From: an uncultured SAR86 cluster bacterium
Lineage (GTDB): Bacteria > Pseudomonadota > Gammaproteobacteria > Magnimaribacterales > AG-339-G14
DNA length: 64,000 bases
Assembly (NCBI GenBank): GCA_902627595.1
Contig: CACOJO010000003.1
Coordinates: forward strand, 83,829-147,828
Direction: 5' to 3'
A program made the translations under genes and the position numbers. Each line of letters begins with the position of its first letter. Position 1 is the first letter of the stretch. Of this stretch, positions 16,987 to 28,039 are shown piece after piece. The notes under the pieces are model-generated. The model ran no database searches. It saw only the letters and a list, made by a program, of their open reading frames with translations, and was not told the DNA's origin.

Positions 16987-17874
16987 TTAATCGTTGGAGT
17001 GTAATTCTTCGTTGAGTTCTATGACTTTTTTATTCGGGCGACACTGAATGGAACCCGTTAAAGAATTTCTGATAAATAAAAGATCAGACTTAGAGGCAAG
17101 TTCAGACGCTTTCACCGTTTCAGAAATCCCACCTTTGTCATCGATAACTTCTACTTTGGAAGAAGCGGTCAAATAAAGTCCAGCCTCAACTGTGCATCGG
17201 TCTCCGAGCGGAATACCCAACCCGGAATTGGCGCCAAGCAGACAATTTTTTCCAAGAGAAATTCGGACATCGTTACCACCGGACAAAGTACCCATGGTAG
17301 ATGCACCACCGCCAATATCGGTTTTATCGCCAATGACAACTCCTTGAGAAATTCGGCCTTCGATCATTGCCTCACCCAAAGAACCGGCATTAAAGTTCAC
17401 AAAGCCCTCGTGCATGATGGTAGTTCCTGATCCAAGATAAGCTCCTAATCTCACACGGTTGGCATCGGCAATTCTGACATCAGACAAAGTTACGTAATCG
17501 GTCATTCGTGGAAATTTATCAATGCTGTGGACCAAGATGTGTCGGTCTTCTTTTCTTGCCTCGAGTTGTGCTTTTTTAAAATCAGCAATCGAGAAGGGAC
17601 CTTCAGAAGTCCAAACGACGTTTTGCAAAATCCCAAAAATACCATCTAAATTGGTTTCGTTTGGCTTAACTAAGCGATAAGAAAGTAAGTGCAGTTTCAA
17701 ATAGGCTTCTGGTACAGAAGAAGGTGCCTTATCGTCACTAACGGAGACTTTTTCAAAAGCAGCATCAGATGCATCTAGATCTTTAGAGGAAATATTTTCC
17801 TCTGAAAAAAACATTTCGATCCAGTCACCGTCACTATTTTTTGTTCCAATGCCTAAGCCAGTCCAATTACTCAT
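16987..17874 (-). CDS. dapD: 2,3,4,5-tetrahydropyridine-2,6-dicarboxylate N-succinyltransferase (Pseudomonas-type)
   Basis: 295 aa. Long stretches match my recollection of P. aeruginosa DapD (EAYLKLHLLS.RLVKP, DKFP.MTDYV, VRIAD..RVRLGAY.G.GTT.MHEGFVNFNAG, IEGR.S.GV, GGG.STMGTLSGG, ELNE.LH). The N-terminal domain is approx. 50 aa shorter than in Pseudomonas. Confidence 0.85.
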   Translation of the reverse strand: MSNWTGLGIGTKNSDGDWIEMFFSEENISSKDLDASDAAFEKVSVSDDKAPSSVPEAYLKLHLLSYRLVKPNETNLDGIFGILQNVVWTSEGPFSIADFKKAQLEARKEDRHILVHSIDKFPRMTDYVTLSDVRIADANRVRLGAYLGSGTTIMHEGFVNFNAGSLGEAMIEGRISQGVVIGDKTDIGGGASTMGTLSGGNDVRISLGKNCLLGANSGLGIPLGDRCTVEAGLYLTASSKVEVIDDKGGISETVKASELASKSDLLFIRNSLTGSIQCRPNKKVIELNEELHSND

Positions 17875-19036
17875 TTTCTAAAACCTTTTTTATGCTTGTT
17901 AAAGCTTTTGTTGTTGATTCTATATCATGCACTAAAGCAATTCTTAAATATTGCTCTGCAGGATTTTGCCCATCGTCTTCAGCGCCTAGATATTTACCTG
18001 GTAATACTATGACTTGTTCTTCATCGTAAAGTTTTTTGGTAAAAACTTCTGCATCCTTTACTTTCAACCAAAGATAAAAAGCTCCATCTGGAGTTAAAGA
18101 GTCTTTGTCTAAAATTTCTTCAGCCAATTTAAATTTTTCTGCATAGGCGGCCCGATTGTCTTCAACGGTTTTATCGTCCGCCCAAGCCAAAGTACTCGCA
18201 TTTTGAATGGGTAAGGGCACACTAACACCATGAAACATACGATATTTTGAGAAAGCAGCAATGATACTATCATCTCCGGTTGCACAACCGGACCTAAAAC
18301 CAGGTAAGTTGGAACGCTTTGAAAGACTGTGCAGCGCTAAAACATTCTCCAAGCTACCGTTTACTTCCATGGCAGCTTCCAAAAGGGAAGTGGGTTTTTC
18401 GCCAAAATAAATATCTATGTAGCATTCGTCGCTTAAGACTTTAAAACCGAATTCTTTGGAAAGTTTTACTACTTTGCAAAGCTCAGTTTTACTCATTACT
18501 TTACCGGTAGGATTGGAAGGCGAGCAGAGCACGAGCAGCTGACATTTCTCCCAAACCTCTTGAGCTATATTTTCCAAATCCATTTGGAAATCATTTTCCT
18601 CAGAGCAATTTAAAAAATGAGGTTTGGCTCCTGCAAACAAAGTCGCGCCACCATAAATTTGATAATAAGGATTGGGCATACAAACATAAGGTTTCTCACT
18701 AACTGTTTCTCTATTGACCATGGTCTGAATGGCAGAGAACGTTCCTTCTCTGGTGCCCCCAACCAGAAAGATTTCTTCATCTTTGATACTTTTTAAATTG
18801 AAATTATAAGCTAGGTAATTTTGGTAGCTTTTTTTCAGTTCAGGCACCATTGCCATCGGAGGATAGTGACTGAATAGTTCTTTATTTTGATTGATGGTAT
18901 CTAAAATTTTTGGACTAGCCGGATGCTTTGGCTCACCGATGGATAAATTGATCTCTGCTGGAGATTTTTTTGGACTTATGAGTTTTCTTAACCTTTCAAA
19001 TGGATAAGATTGAATTTCGGCAATCAAATTATTCAT
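17867..19036 (-). CDS. dapC: succinyldiaminopimelate aminotransferase (class I aminotransferase)
   Basis: 389 aa. The N-terminus YPFERLRKL....INLSIGEPKH and the PLP-lysine block SLSKRSNLPGFRSG are typical of DapC. Overlaps dapD by 8 nt. Confidence 0.75.
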   Translation of the reverse strand: MNNLIAEIQSYPFERLRKLISPKKSPAEINLSIGEPKHPASPKILDTINQNKELFSHYPPMAMVPELKKSYQNYLAYNFNLKSIKDEEIFLVGGTREGTFSAIQTMVNRETVSEKPYVCMPNPYYQIYGGATLFAGAKPHFLNCSEENDFQMDLENIAQEVWEKCQLLVLCSPSNPTGKVMSKTELCKVVKLSKEFGFKVLSDECYIDIYFGEKPTSLLEAAMEVNGSLENVLALHSLSKRSNLPGFRSGCATGDDSIIAAFSKYRMFHGVSVPLPIQNASTLAWADDKTVEDNRAAYAEKFKLAEEILDKDSLTPDGAFYLWLKVKDAEVFTKKLYDEEQVIVLPGKYLGAEDDGQNPAEQYLRIALVHDIESTTKALTSIKKVLENE

Positions 19037-19039
19037 AGA

Positions 19040-19804
19040 CTAAAAACTTTCTTCACTTCTTTTGGTAAGAACTTCAAACCCATCTTGAGTCACTAGAATG
19101 GTGTGTTCCCATTGGGCAGATAATCTGCCATCTGCAGTCTCGACCGTCCAACCATCGGTTTTGGATAGCTTGGTTTTGTAAGTACCTAAATTGATCATGG
19201 GCTCGATGGTAAAACACATGCCTTCTTGCAGTGACATGCCGGTGTTAGGTTGACCGTAATGCAAAACTTGGGGATCTTCATGGAAGACTCTACCAATACC
19301 ATGTCCGCAGTACTCTCGAACTACTGAGTAATGATTGCCTTCCGCATGGACTTGAATCGCGTGACCAATGTCTCCCAATCTAGCTCCTGGCTTGACCTGT
19401 TCAATACCTCGATAAAGGCATTCTTGAGTAATATCAACTAGGCGTTGCGCATGCGGTTGGACTTTGCCGACCATAAACATTTTACTGGTATCGCCGTGAT
19501 AACCGTCTTTTATAACTGTGACATCGATATTTATGATGTCATTGCTTTTTAGAATTCTATTTTCAGTTGGAATGCCATGACAAACTACTTGATTGATCGA
19601 GGTGCAAATCGATTTTGGAAAACCCCTATAGTTTAAAGGTGCTGGAATGCAATCGATTTCATTCACGATGTAGTCGTGACAAATTTTATCCAACTCACCG
19701 GTAGAAATTCCTGGCCTCACATGCTCACCGATCATCTCCAAGGTTTGAGCAGCAAGCTTACCTGCTAGTTTCATACCTTTTATATCTTCCGAATTTTTAA
19801 TCAT
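19040..19804 (-). CDS. map: methionine aminopeptidase type I
   Basis: 254 aa. Has the M24A metal-ligand blocks (DVTVIKDGYHGDTS, GHGIG, TIEPM, QWEHT). Confidence 0.95.
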   Translation of the reverse strand: MIKNSEDIKGMKLAGKLAAQTLEMIGEHVRPGISTGELDKICHDYIVNEIDCIPAPLNYRGFPKSICTSINQVVCHGIPTENRILKSNDIINIDVTVIKDGYHGDTSKMFMVGKVQPHAQRLVDITQECLYRGIEQVKPGARLGDIGHAIQVHAEGNHYSVVREYCGHGIGRVFHEDPQVLHYGQPNTGMSLQEGMCFTIEPMINLGTYKTKLSKTDGWTVETADGRLSAQWEHTILVTQDGFEVLTKRSEESF

Positions 19805-19877
19805 AAGTTAAATTTTTAATGGACTTTACAGAGTTATTTCATTAGAGTCACATTCTAATGCAAACGGCATTAGATTA

Positions 19878-19920
19878 TAAAACGCGATCCATAGTTTCTA
19901 CTTTGTTCGCGTTTTTTTTT
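19878..19920 (+). promoter_or_regulatory. terminator-like hairpin plus T9 tract in the carA leader (candidate attenuator)
   Basis: AAAACGCGA (19879-19887) pairs with TCGCGTTTT (19907-15) around a 19-nt loop. It runs into nine consecutive T (19912-19920), 22 nt before the carA ATG. A 31-codon ORF (19858..19953) reads through it. Confidence 0.4.
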
Positions 19921-19942
19921 ACTCATCTGAAGCAGGTGTTTC

Positions 19943-21067
19943 ATGAGAGATAAACCTGCAAAGCTCATCCTTAAATCAGGTGAAATCTTCGATGGCGAAG
20001 CTTTTGGTTATACTAAAGAAAAAGTAGGCGAACTAGTTTTCAATACTTCAATGACTGGTTACCAAGAAATCATTACCGATTTGTCATATACCGACCAACT
20101 CATTTGCTTCACTTACCCGCATATTGGAAACGTTGGCACCAATATTGATGATCACGAATCTGTCGTTGGCGGTGCAAGTGGCGTGGTAATCAGAGATTTA
20201 ACGAGAGTTGAGAGCAATTGGAGAAATGAACTTTCTTTGGCTGAATTTTTAAAAGCCAAGAAAGTGCCAGGAATAAAAAATATCGATACCAGAAAGTTAA
20301 CTAGAGTTTTAAGAAACAAAGGCTCTCAACCAGCCTTCATTTCCTATAAGAAAAAGACCAAAAAAGACATTGAAAAATTGTTTGAAAGATTTGGCAGCCT
20401 AAAAGGCAAAGATTTGGTTTCCAAGGTAACGACCGCAAAATCTTACTTATGGAGAAAGCCAAGTTATGGCACAAAAAAATCCAAACGCAAATATAAAATC
20501 ATCGCTCTTGATTTTGGTGTCAAACACAACATTCTCCGCTTGTTAGTGGATCGTGGATGTGAGGTAGAAGTCATGCCTGCCAATACCAACTTTGAAACCA
20601 TTCTCGGTAAAAAACCGGATGGCGTATTCTTATCCAATGGTCCAGGAGATCCTGAACCTTGTCATCAACCAATAAAAACCATTTCTAGATTGATTAGAGA
20701 AACAAAAATACCTTTGTTTGGTATTTGTTTGGGCCATCAGCTTTTAGGGTTAGCGTTGGGCATGAAAACTGAAAAAATGAAATTTGGTCACCACGGCGCC
20801 AATCATCCTGTAAAAGACCTCATCACAAATGAAGTGGCAATTACCAGTCAAAATCACGGCTTTACGATTTCAGAAAAGTCTTTATCAAAAGATATTTCAA
20901 TTACACACCGATCTTTATTCGACGGCTCTATTCAAGGAATTTCTTTTCAAAAAAATAGAGTTTTTGGTTTTCAGGGTCATCCAGAAGCAAGTCCAGGACC
21001 GCAAGAGTTACAATCGCTCTTTGATACTTTCATCACTCAGGTAAATAAATATGCCAAAAAGAACTGA
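19943..21067 (+). CDS. carA: carbamoyl-phosphate synthase small (glutaminase) subunit
   Basis: 374 aa. Has the class-I amidotransferase triad context GICLGHQ and HGANHP. AGGTG Shine-Dalgarno. Followed by carB. Confidence 0.95.
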   Translation: MRDKPAKLILKSGEIFDGEAFGYTKEKVGELVFNTSMTGYQEIITDLSYTDQLICFTYPHIGNVGTNIDDHESVVGGASGVVIRDLTRVESNWRNELSLAEFLKAKKVPGIKNIDTRKLTRVLRNKGSQPAFISYKKKTKKDIEKLFERFGSLKGKDLVSKVTTAKSYLWRKPSYGTKKSKRKYKIIALDFGVKHNILRLLVDRGCEVEVMPANTNFETILGKKPDGVFLSNGPGDPEPCHQPIKTISRLIRETKIPLFGICLGHQLLGLALGMKTEKMKFGHHGANHPVKDLITNEVAITSQNHGFTISEKSLSKDISITHRSLFDGSIQGISFQKNRVFGFQGHPEASPGPQELQSLFDTFITQVNKYAKKN

Positions 21068-24000
21068 TATCAAATCCGTTTTGATCATTGGTGCAGGGCC
21101 AATCATCATTGGTCAAGCTTGTGAATTTGATTATTCTGGAGTCCAAGCTTGTAAAGCTTTGAGAGAAGAGGGTTACAAAGTCATCTTGGTTAATTCCAAT
21201 CCAGCCACAATCATGACCGATCCTGGTTTGGCAGATGCTACCTACATTGAACCCATTACGTGGCAATCTTTGGAAAAGATTATCAAGATCGAAAAACCCG
21301 ATGCAATTTTACCGACCATGGGTGGTCAAACCGGTCTAAACGTAGCTCTGGACCTAAATAAAAAAGGAATTCTTAAAAAATACAACATTGAATTGATTGG
21401 TGCTACCAAAGAAGCAATCGATAAAGCCGAAGATCGAGAACTCTTTGCCGCAGCAATGGAAAAAATTGGCCTTAAAGTACCCTTGGCTAAATTGGCACAC
21501 AACATTGAAGAGTGTTGGGAAGTACAACAATTAGTTGGCTATCCATGTATCATCAGACCGAACTTTACTTTAGGTGGTTCTGGCGGAGGAATTGCCTATA
21601 ACAGTGATGAGTTTGAAGAGATTTGTCATAGAGGCTTGGATTTATCACCAACTTCCGAACTTTATATCGATAAGTACCTAGCAGGCTGGAAAGAGTATGA
21701 GATGGAAGTTGTCAGAGATAAAGCCGATAACTGCATCATTATTTGTTCCATCGAAAATTTCGATCCTATGGGAGTTCATACTGGTGACTCTATAACTGTA
21801 GCTCCAGCACAAACGTTAACTGATAAGGAATACCAAATGATGCGAAATGCCTCAATGGCTATCCTAAGAGAAATCGGTGTAGAGACTGGCGGATCAAATG
21901 TTCAGTTTGCCATAAACCCAGAAGATGGAGAGATGGTTGTCATTGAAATGAATCCCAGAGTTTCTAGATCATCTGCTTTAGCATCCAAAGCCACAGGTTT
22001 TCCGATTGCCAAAATAGCAGCAAAACTTGCTGTTGGTTTTACTTTGGATGAATTGGAAAACGATATTAGTAAAGAATCGATACCTGCTTCTTTTGAGCCT
22101 ACGATTGATTATGTAGTCACAAAAATCCCAAGGTTTAATTTTGAAAAATTTGCAGGTGCTAACCCCACTCTTACTTCACAAATGAAATCGGTCGGAGAAG
22201 TTATGGCTATTGGTTCTAACTTCAAAGAGTCATTACAAAAAGCCATGCGTGGTTTGGAAATTGGCTCTTCAGGTTTCGAGCCACCTGAACTGGCTAAAAA
22301 TGTTTCTGCTATCAAACCAAGACTAATTACTCCAACTCCTGAAAGACTTTGGTTTATTGGAGAGGCTTTTAGAAAAGGAATGGACATCAACGAAATCCAA
22401 GCTTTTACTGGCATTGATCTTTGGTTCTTAAAAGAAGTTCAAGAAATTATAAATTACGAAAAAATCATTAAATCAAAAAAATTTCTCTCTTCACGAGATT
22501 TGTTTCTTAATGCCAAAAAAATTGGATTCTCAGATAAAAGAATTGCAGTGCTAACCAATAAATCTGAAAAAGACATTCGAGAGAAAAGAAGAAGGTTGAA
22601 AATTAAGCCAGTTTTCAAAAGGGTAGATACCTGCGCTGCTGAGTTTGAAACTTCAACGGCATACATGTATTCAACTTATCAAGATGAGTGTGAATCTAAT
22701 CCTTCCAAGAAGAAAAAAATCATGGTTCTTGGCGGTGGGCCTAATCGAATTGGGCAAGGAATTGAATTTGACTATTGTTGTGTGCATGCTGCTCAAGTTC
22801 TAAAAGAGGATGGTTTCGAAACCATTATGGTGAATTGCAATCCTGAGACAGTTTCTACTGATTACGATACCTCAGATAGGCTTTATTTTGAGCCAATAAC
22901 TTTAGAAGATGTTTTAGAAATTTTTGAAGTAGAAAAACCCAAAGGCTTAATCATTCAATATGGCGGACAAACGCCACTCAAACTTGCCAAAGACTTAGAA
23001 AAAAATGGGGTTCCAATTTTAGGCACTTCTCCCGATCAAATTGATTTGTCAGAGGATCGTTCGAGGTTTCAAAAATTTGTAAAAGAAAACAAACTGCTTC
23101 AACCGGCCAATGGTATGGCATCTAATAATGTCCAAGCGATTAAGATCGCCAATCGAATTGGCTATCCAGTTGTAGTAAGACCTTCTTACGTTTTAGGCGG
23201 ACGAGCCATGGAAATTGTTTACGATGATGAGGATCTAAAAAAATACTTAACGGAAGCTTTAGACGTAGATACAAAAAATCCAGTATTAATCGATAAGTTC
23301 TTGGACTTAGCGATTGAGTTTGATGTGGAAGCAATAAGTGATGGTAAAAGTCATATAATTTGCGGCGTACTTCAACATATTGAGCAGGCAGGGGTTCACT
23401 CAGGAGACTCGGCTTGTTCTATTCCCCCTTACAGCATAAATAAAAAATTGCTTGCAGAAATTGAAGCCACTGCTATCAAAGTCATAAAAAACATGAAAAT
23501 TTCTGGTTTGGTAAATATCCAACTGGCCTATGCAAATGAAAAAATATATTTATTGGAAGTCAATCCTAGAGCTTCTAGAACCATTCCTTTTGTTTCAAAA
23601 GCTATTGGTTCTCCATTAGCAAAAATTGCCGCTCAAGTAATGTCTGGCAAAAGTTTAAAAGCTTTAGGGATTACTAAATTCAAAAAACCTAAATTTTATT
23701 CTGTGAAAGAGGCTGTACTTCCATTTGAAAAATTTCAGGCAGTTGATCCTATTTTGGGTCCGGAAATGAGATCTACTGGAGAAGTCATGGGAATAGCGCC
23801 TTCGTTCGTTGAAGCATTTGAAAAGGCTGAAATAGCTGCTGGAGTATCTATACCTTTGAAAGGATCTGCATTCTTGAGCGTCAGAAATACTGATAAAAGC
23901 TACTTAAAGGAACTAGCTAAAATTTTAACTAATTCAGGCTTTAAGTTAGTAGCTACCAGAGGAACTGCTAGAGATTTGGAAAACATGGGCTTTAAAGTAA

Positions 24001-24245
24001 AGAAAATAAATAAAGTTTTAGAAGGCAGGCCGCACATCGTTGACTTGATGAAAAATAAAGAAATCAGTCTTGTGGTTAATACCACTGAGGGAAGAGAGTC
24101 AATTACCGACTCTGCATCAATTAGAAGAACCGCTCTCGACCAGAAGATTTGTAGTTCTACCACTATTGAGGGTGCAAGAGCGATATGCAAGGTTATAGAA
24201 AATCAGGTTGATTGGAGGGTAAAAAAACTTCAAGATATCCATTGA
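21051..24245 (+). CDS. carB: carbamoyl-phosphate synthase large subunit
   Basis: 1064 aa. Duplicated ATP-grasp halves ([11 protein letters not shown] / [11 protein letters not shown]) and a C-terminal MGS-like domain. Overlaps carA by 17 nt. Confidence 0.95.
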   Translation: MPKRTDIKSVLIIGAGPIIIGQACEFDYSGVQACKALREEGYKVILVNSNPATIMTDPGLADATYIEPITWQSLEKIIKIEKPDAILPTMGGQTGLNVALDLNKKGILKKYNIELIGATKEAIDKAEDRELFAAAMEKIGLKVPLAKLAHNIEECWEVQQLVGYPCIIRPNFTLGGSGGGIAYNSDEFEEICHRGLDLSPTSELYIDKYLAGWKEYEMEVVRDKADNCIIICSIENFDPMGVHTGDSITVAPAQTLTDKEYQMMRNASMAILREIGVETGGSNVQFAINPEDGEMVVIEMNPRVSRSSALASKATGFPIAKIAAKLAVGFTLDELENDISKESIPASFEPTIDYVVTKIPRFNFEKFAGANPTLTSQMKSVGEVMAIGSNFKESLQKAMRGLEIGSSGFEPPELAKNVSAIKPRLITPTPERLWFIGEAFRKGMDINEIQAFTGIDLWFLKEVQEIINYEKIIKSKKFLSSRDLFLNAKKIGFSDKRIAVLTNKSEKDIREKRRRLKIKPVFKRVDTCAAEFETSTAYMYSTYQDECESNPSKKKKIMVLGGGPNRIGQGIEFDYCCVHAAQVLKEDGFETIMVNCNPETVSTDYDTSDRLYFEPITLEDVLEIFEVEKPKGLIIQYGGQTPLKLAKDLEKNGVPILGTSPDQIDLSEDRSRFQKFVKENKLLQPANGMASNNVQAIKIANRIGYPVVVRPSYVLGGRAMEIVYDDEDLKKYLTEALDVDTKNPVLIDKFLDLAIEFDVEAISDGKSHIICGVLQHIEQAGVHSGDSACSIPPYSINKKLLAEIEATAIKVIKNMKISGLVNIQLAYANEKIYLLEVNPRASRTIPFVSKAIGSPLAKIAAQVMSGKSLKALGITKFKKPKFYSVKEAVLPFEKFQAVDPILGPEMRSTGEVMGIAPSFVEAFEKAEIAAGVSIPLKGSAFLSVRNTDKSYLKELAKILTNSGFKLVATRGTARDLENMGFKVKKINKVLEGRPHIVDLMKNKEISLVVNTTEGRESITDSASIRRTALDQKICSSTTIEGARAICKVIENQVDWRVKKLQDIH

Positions 24246-24249
24246 GGAT

Positions 24250-24729
24250 ATGACTGACAAAGCTCCAATGACCGTGGAAGGTGAGAAAGCCTTGCGTGCC
24301 GAACATGAACATCTTACGAAAAATGTAAGAATTCAATTATCCAAAGAAATTGCAGCTGCTAGAGAGCTTGGTGATTTGAAGGAAAATGCTGAATATCATG
24401 CAGCTAAAGAGCAACAAGGGCTCACAGAAGCAAGAATTAGAGAAATTGAGTCTAAACTAACCAATTCTCAAATCATAGACGTAACCACCATCTCACCCTC
24501 TGGAAAAGTTATATTTGGTGTGACTTTAGAACTATATGACTTAGGGAAAGATGAAGAAGTGAGTTTCAAAATTGTTGGCGAAGATGAAGCAAATGTGAAT
24601 GAAGGAAAAATTTCTTTTTCTTCTCCTTTAGCAAGATCTCTTATAGGTAAAGGCGAGGGAGATATCGCCAAGTTTGAAAGTCCGGCCGGCCCACAAGAAT
24701 ATGAAATATTAGCTATAAAGCATATTTAG
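24250..24729 (+). CDS. greA: transcription elongation factor GreA
   Basis: 159 aa. Has the coiled-coil N-domain (GDLKENAEYHAAKEQQ) and Gre C-domain (ISFSSPLARSLIGK). carAB-greA order as in Pseudomonas. Confidence 0.9.
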   Translation: MTDKAPMTVEGEKALRAEHEHLTKNVRIQLSKEIAAARELGDLKENAEYHAAKEQQGLTEARIREIESKLTNSQIIDVTTISPSGKVIFGVTLELYDLGKDEEVSFKIVGEDEANVNEGKISFSSPLARSLIGKGEGDIAKFESPAGPQEYEILAIKHI

Positions 24730-24730
24730 T

Positions 24731-25312
24731 TTGAGTAAAAATCCCAACTACATTGGCGGAGAGAGGTTTAATAAGCTTTCTAAAAAAGATGGTTACAGAT
24801 CTAGAGCTGCATACAAATTAAAGCAAATAAATAAGTTGCATAATTTAATTAAACAAAATCAAAATATTTTAGATATCGGTTGTGCTCCAGGAAGTTGGAT
24901 ACAAGTTCTCAAAGAGCTTACCAAAGGAAAATCTTCAATTATGGGGATCGATATATTGCCAATGTCTAAAATCGATGGAATTACCTTTTTACAAAAGGAT
25001 TTGTTAGAAATAAATGATCAGGATTTTAGTGACCATTTTGACCTTGTTTTATCTGATATTGCCCCCAATATAAGTGGTATAAGTGTTACTGACTCTGAGA
25101 ATATGATTGAACTTTTGAATATAGAGATATATCTAATAAATAAATATCTTGTAAAAGGAGGTTCTTTTCTAGCAAAATGTTTCCAAGGTAGTTCTTTTGA
25201 TCATTTAAAGAACTATTTGAAAGATAACTTTGATGAGGTAATAAGAATAAAACCAGAAGCATCTAGATCAAGTTCGAGAGAATGCTATTTGTTAGGAAAA
25301 TATAAAAAATAA
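24731..25312 (+). CDS. rlmE: 23S rRNA (U2552-2'-O)-methyltransferase
   Basis: 193 aa, TTG start. Has YRSRAAYKL, the [12 protein letters not shown] motif and a DxAPN block (SDIAPNISG). Upstream of ftsH as in E. coli. Confidence 0.85.
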   Translation: MSKNPNYIGGERFNKLSKKDGYRSRAAYKLKQINKLHNLIKQNQNILDIGCAPGSWIQVLKELTKGKSSIMGIDILPMSKIDGITFLQKDLLEINDQDFSDHFDLVLSDIAPNISGISVTDSENMIELLNIEIYLINKYLVKGGSFLAKCFQGSSFDHLKNYLKDNFDEVIRIKPEASRSSSRECYLLGKYKK

Positions 25313-25317
25313 GAATT

Positions 25318-27225
25318 ATGTCGCAATTAATGAGAAATATTTTAGTTTGGCTTGCAATATCAGGAATTACTTTTGTGGCAATCCAAAATATTTATAACCA
25401 AAATCCTTCGCAGAATATGAATTATTCTGAATTTGTTTCTTTAGTAAATAAAGATCAGATTTCTCAAGTTTCTTTTAAAGGAGACGGTTACACCATAGAA
25501 GGAGTGACCCAAGAAGGAAATGCATTTAAAACAACGCGTCCCGTCTATGTTCAAGATGATCAATTGATGACTGACCTTTTTGAGCACAGGGTTGAAGTAT
25601 TAGGTGAAGAGCCACAAAGAGAAAGTATTTGGACTCAACTTTTAGTAGCTAGCTTTCCAATTTTAATAATCTTGGCAATATTCTTTTTCTTCATGCGTCA
25701 AATGCAAGGAGGCATGGGAGGACGAGGCGGCCCAATGTCGTTTGGAAAAAGTAAAGCCAGAATGTTGGAAGGAGGTAAAGTAAAAACAACCTTCAGAGAT
25801 GTAGCTGGAGTAGAAGAAGCTAAAGAAGAAGTCCAAGAGTTGGTCGATTTCTTGAGAGATCCATCAAAGTTTCAAAAACTTGGAGGAAAAATCCCAAGAG
25901 GTATTTTGATGGTTGGTTCTCCAGGAACAGGAAAAACATTATTAGCTAGAGCTATTGCTGGAGAGGCCAGAGTTCCATTTTTCACCATATCAGGATCTGA
26001 TTTTGTTGAAATGTTTGTTGGAGTAGGAGCTTCAAGAGTTAGAGATATGTTTGAGCAGGCTAAACGCCAAGCACCATGTATTGTATTTATAGACGAAATA
26101 GATGCTGTAGGCCGTCATAGAGGAGCAGGTTTAGGCGGCGGTCACGATGAAAGAGAGCAAACATTAAACCAACTTTTAGTTGAAATGGATGGTTTTGAGG
26201 CAAACGAGGGAATTATTATAATCGCTGCAACTAATAGACCAGATGTTTTAGATCCTGCCTTATTGAGACCAGGTAGATTTGATCGTCAAGTAGTGGTTCC
26301 TCTTCCAGACATAAAAGGAAGAGAACAGATATTGAATGTACATATTAGGAAAGTTCCTGTTGATAAAAATGTTGAAACCTCTTACATCGCGAGAGGAACC
26401 CCAGGCTTTTCAGGAGCTGATTTGGCTAACTTAGTTAATGAGGCTGCATTATTTGCTGCTCGATCTGGTAAGAAGAAAGTCTCTATGGAAGAGTTAGAGC
26501 TTGCAAAAGATAAAGTTATGATGGGTGCTGAAAGACGTAGCATGGTTATGAGTTTGGATGAAAAAACCAAAACTGCTTATCATGAAGCAGGTCATACTAT
26601 CGTTGGTAGAGCATTAGAACATCATGATCCAGTTTACAAAGTATCAATTATTCCCAGAGGAAGAGCTCTTGGAGTTACAGTATTTCTTCCAGAAGAAGAT
26701 AAGTACAGCTACAGCAAAGAATCGATTCTCGATCGAATATGTGGTTTGTTCGGTGGCAGAATAGCTGAAGAACTTATATATGGCGAAGGAGGCGTTACCA
26801 CAGGTGCATCCAATGATATTGAGAGAGCTACAGAACTTGCTAGAAACATGGTGACTAAATGGGGCTTGTCAGAAAAACTTGGACCCATTAAGTATGATGA
26901 AGAAGGCGATGAACCTTTTCTTGGAAGGAGTGCTGGATCTAAGTCAACTTCTGTTTCAGATAAAACTGCTAATTTGATAGACGAAGAGTCAAAAAAAATC
27001 ATAGACTCCTGTTACAAAAAGGCTACGAAAGTTTTAAAAGATAATCTAGATAAACTTCATATGATGGCAGAGTCCCTTGTCGAATTAGAAACTTTAACCA
27101 GCGATCAAATAGACGATATTATGGCTGGAGCTAAACCTAGAAGTAACGACGACGATATTTCTTCTGACAAAGATAATAAGAAAGGAGAAGAGCCTCCAAT
27201 TAAAGACCCAGCAGAGCAAGTCTAA
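25318..27225 (+). CDS. ftsH: ATP-dependent zinc metalloprotease FtsH
   Basis: 635 aa. Two N-terminal TM helices, Walker A GSPGTGKT, the SRH region, and the HEAGH zinc motif. Confidence 0.95.
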   Translation: MSQLMRNILVWLAISGITFVAIQNIYNQNPSQNMNYSEFVSLVNKDQISQVSFKGDGYTIEGVTQEGNAFKTTRPVYVQDDQLMTDLFEHRVEVLGEEPQRESIWTQLLVASFPILIILAIFFFFMRQMQGGMGGRGGPMSFGKSKARMLEGGKVKTTFRDVAGVEEAKEEVQELVDFLRDPSKFQKLGGKIPRGILMVGSPGTGKTLLARAIAGEARVPFFTISGSDFVEMFVGVGASRVRDMFEQAKRQAPCIVFIDEIDAVGRHRGAGLGGGHDEREQTLNQLLVEMDGFEANEGIIIIAATNRPDVLDPALLRPGRFDRQVVVPLPDIKGREQILNVHIRKVPVDKNVETSYIARGTPGFSGADLANLVNEAALFAARSGKKKVSMEELELAKDKVMMGAERRSMVMSLDEKTKTAYHEAGHTIVGRALEHHDPVYKVSIIPRGRALGVTVFLPEEDKYSYSKESILDRICGLFGGRIAEELIYGEGGVTTGASNDIERATELARNMVTKWGLSEKLGPIKYDEEGDEPFLGRSAGSKSTSVSDKTANLIDEESKKIIDSCYKKATKVLKDNLDKLHMMAESLVELETLTSDQIDDIMAGAKPRSNDDDISSDKDNKKGEEPPIKDPAEQV

Positions 27226-27235
27226 ACTTATAAGC

Positions 27236-28039
27236 ATGCTCTTTAGAAAAAAAGAGTTAGACCTTTCTACTCCCAAGGTAATGGGTATATTAAATCTTAC
27301 TACTGACTCTTTTTTTGATGGGGGCAAATACCTAAAAAAGAAGAGTACTTTCGACAAGTCAAAGGTTTTCAACGCTGTTGAAAATATGATTAGAGATGGC
27401 GCCGATATCATTGACATTGGTGCTCACAGTACAAAACCTGGATTTATAAAAATTTCTCCGCAAGAAGAACTTGATCGTCTTGGAATTATCTTAGAAAAAT
27501 TGAAAGATTATCCGATTCTCTTCTCAATTGATACGTTTAACTATGAGGTAATTAAAGAGTCCATTTCTCATAAAATAGATTTAATAAATAATGTTTTTTC
27601 TTTTGAAGATACAAAGAGTTTTGATTTGGTGTGTTCTGAAGATATACCTATTTGTGTTTGTCATCAAGGCAATCCAGAAAATGATGAAAATATTTTTTCT
27701 CAAATTGAATATTTTTTCTCAAAAATAGAAACCAAGTTTAAGAAAAAAAACTTCAATGTTGGAAACATTATTTTTGATCCTGGATTTGGCTATGGAAAAA
27801 CTCCCTTTCAGAATTTAGAAATTTTAGCTAATTTAGAAAAATTAAAAAAAAATAGAATTTTATTAGCCGGCTTGTCTCAAAAAAAATTTCTTAGATTGCT
27901 TTTTGAAACAAAAGCAAATCATCTGAACGAACAAAGCCTATCAGCTGGTATAATAGCTTGTCTGGGGGGAGCAAATATTTTAAGAGTTCATCGAGTAAAA
28001 GAAACTGTTAATTTATTAAAAAAATTATGGCCAAAATAA
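27236..28039 (+). CDS. folP: dihydropteroate synthase
   Basis: 267 aa. Has VMGILNLTTDSFFDGG and DPGFGYGKT motifs. ftsH-folP-glmM synteny. Confidence 0.85.
   Translation: MLFRKKELDLSTPKVMGILNLTTDSFFDGGKYLKKKSTFDKSKVFNAVENMIRDGADIIDIGAHSTKPGFIKISPQEELDRLGIILEKLKDYPILFSIDTFNYEVIKESISHKIDLINNVFSFEDTKSFDLVCSEDIPICVCHQGNPENDENIFSQIEYFFSKIETKFKKKNFNVGNIIFDPGFGYGKTPFQNLEILANLEKLKKNRILLAGLSQKKFLRLLFETKANHLNEQSLSAGIIACLGGANILRVHRVKETVNLLKKLWPK

Noticed and set aside
21033-24190. Minus-strand ORFs within carA/carB (21033..21266, 22109..22414, 22454..22666, 23140..23334, 23900..24190).
   Set aside because: All are antisense to carAB, whose reading frames are continuous and motif-supported. None has independent coding evidence.
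10400-24300. Apparent broad GC-richer domain (pepA through carB) that could indicate a chimeric assembly or a large island.
   Set aside because: Conserved synteny runs straight across both edges (valS-holC-pepA/lptFG, and carAB-greA-rlmE-ftsH). Conserved cores of genes elsewhere, such as the infB G domain (about 25/60 on one sampled line), are similarly enriched. Most of the signal therefore tracks protein conservation. Only the POT gene is kept as a possible outlier.
27094-27417. 107-aa minus-strand ORF bridging the ftsH 3' end and the folP 5' end.
   Set aside because: It is antisense to two syntenic, motif-supported genes, and no independent signal was found.
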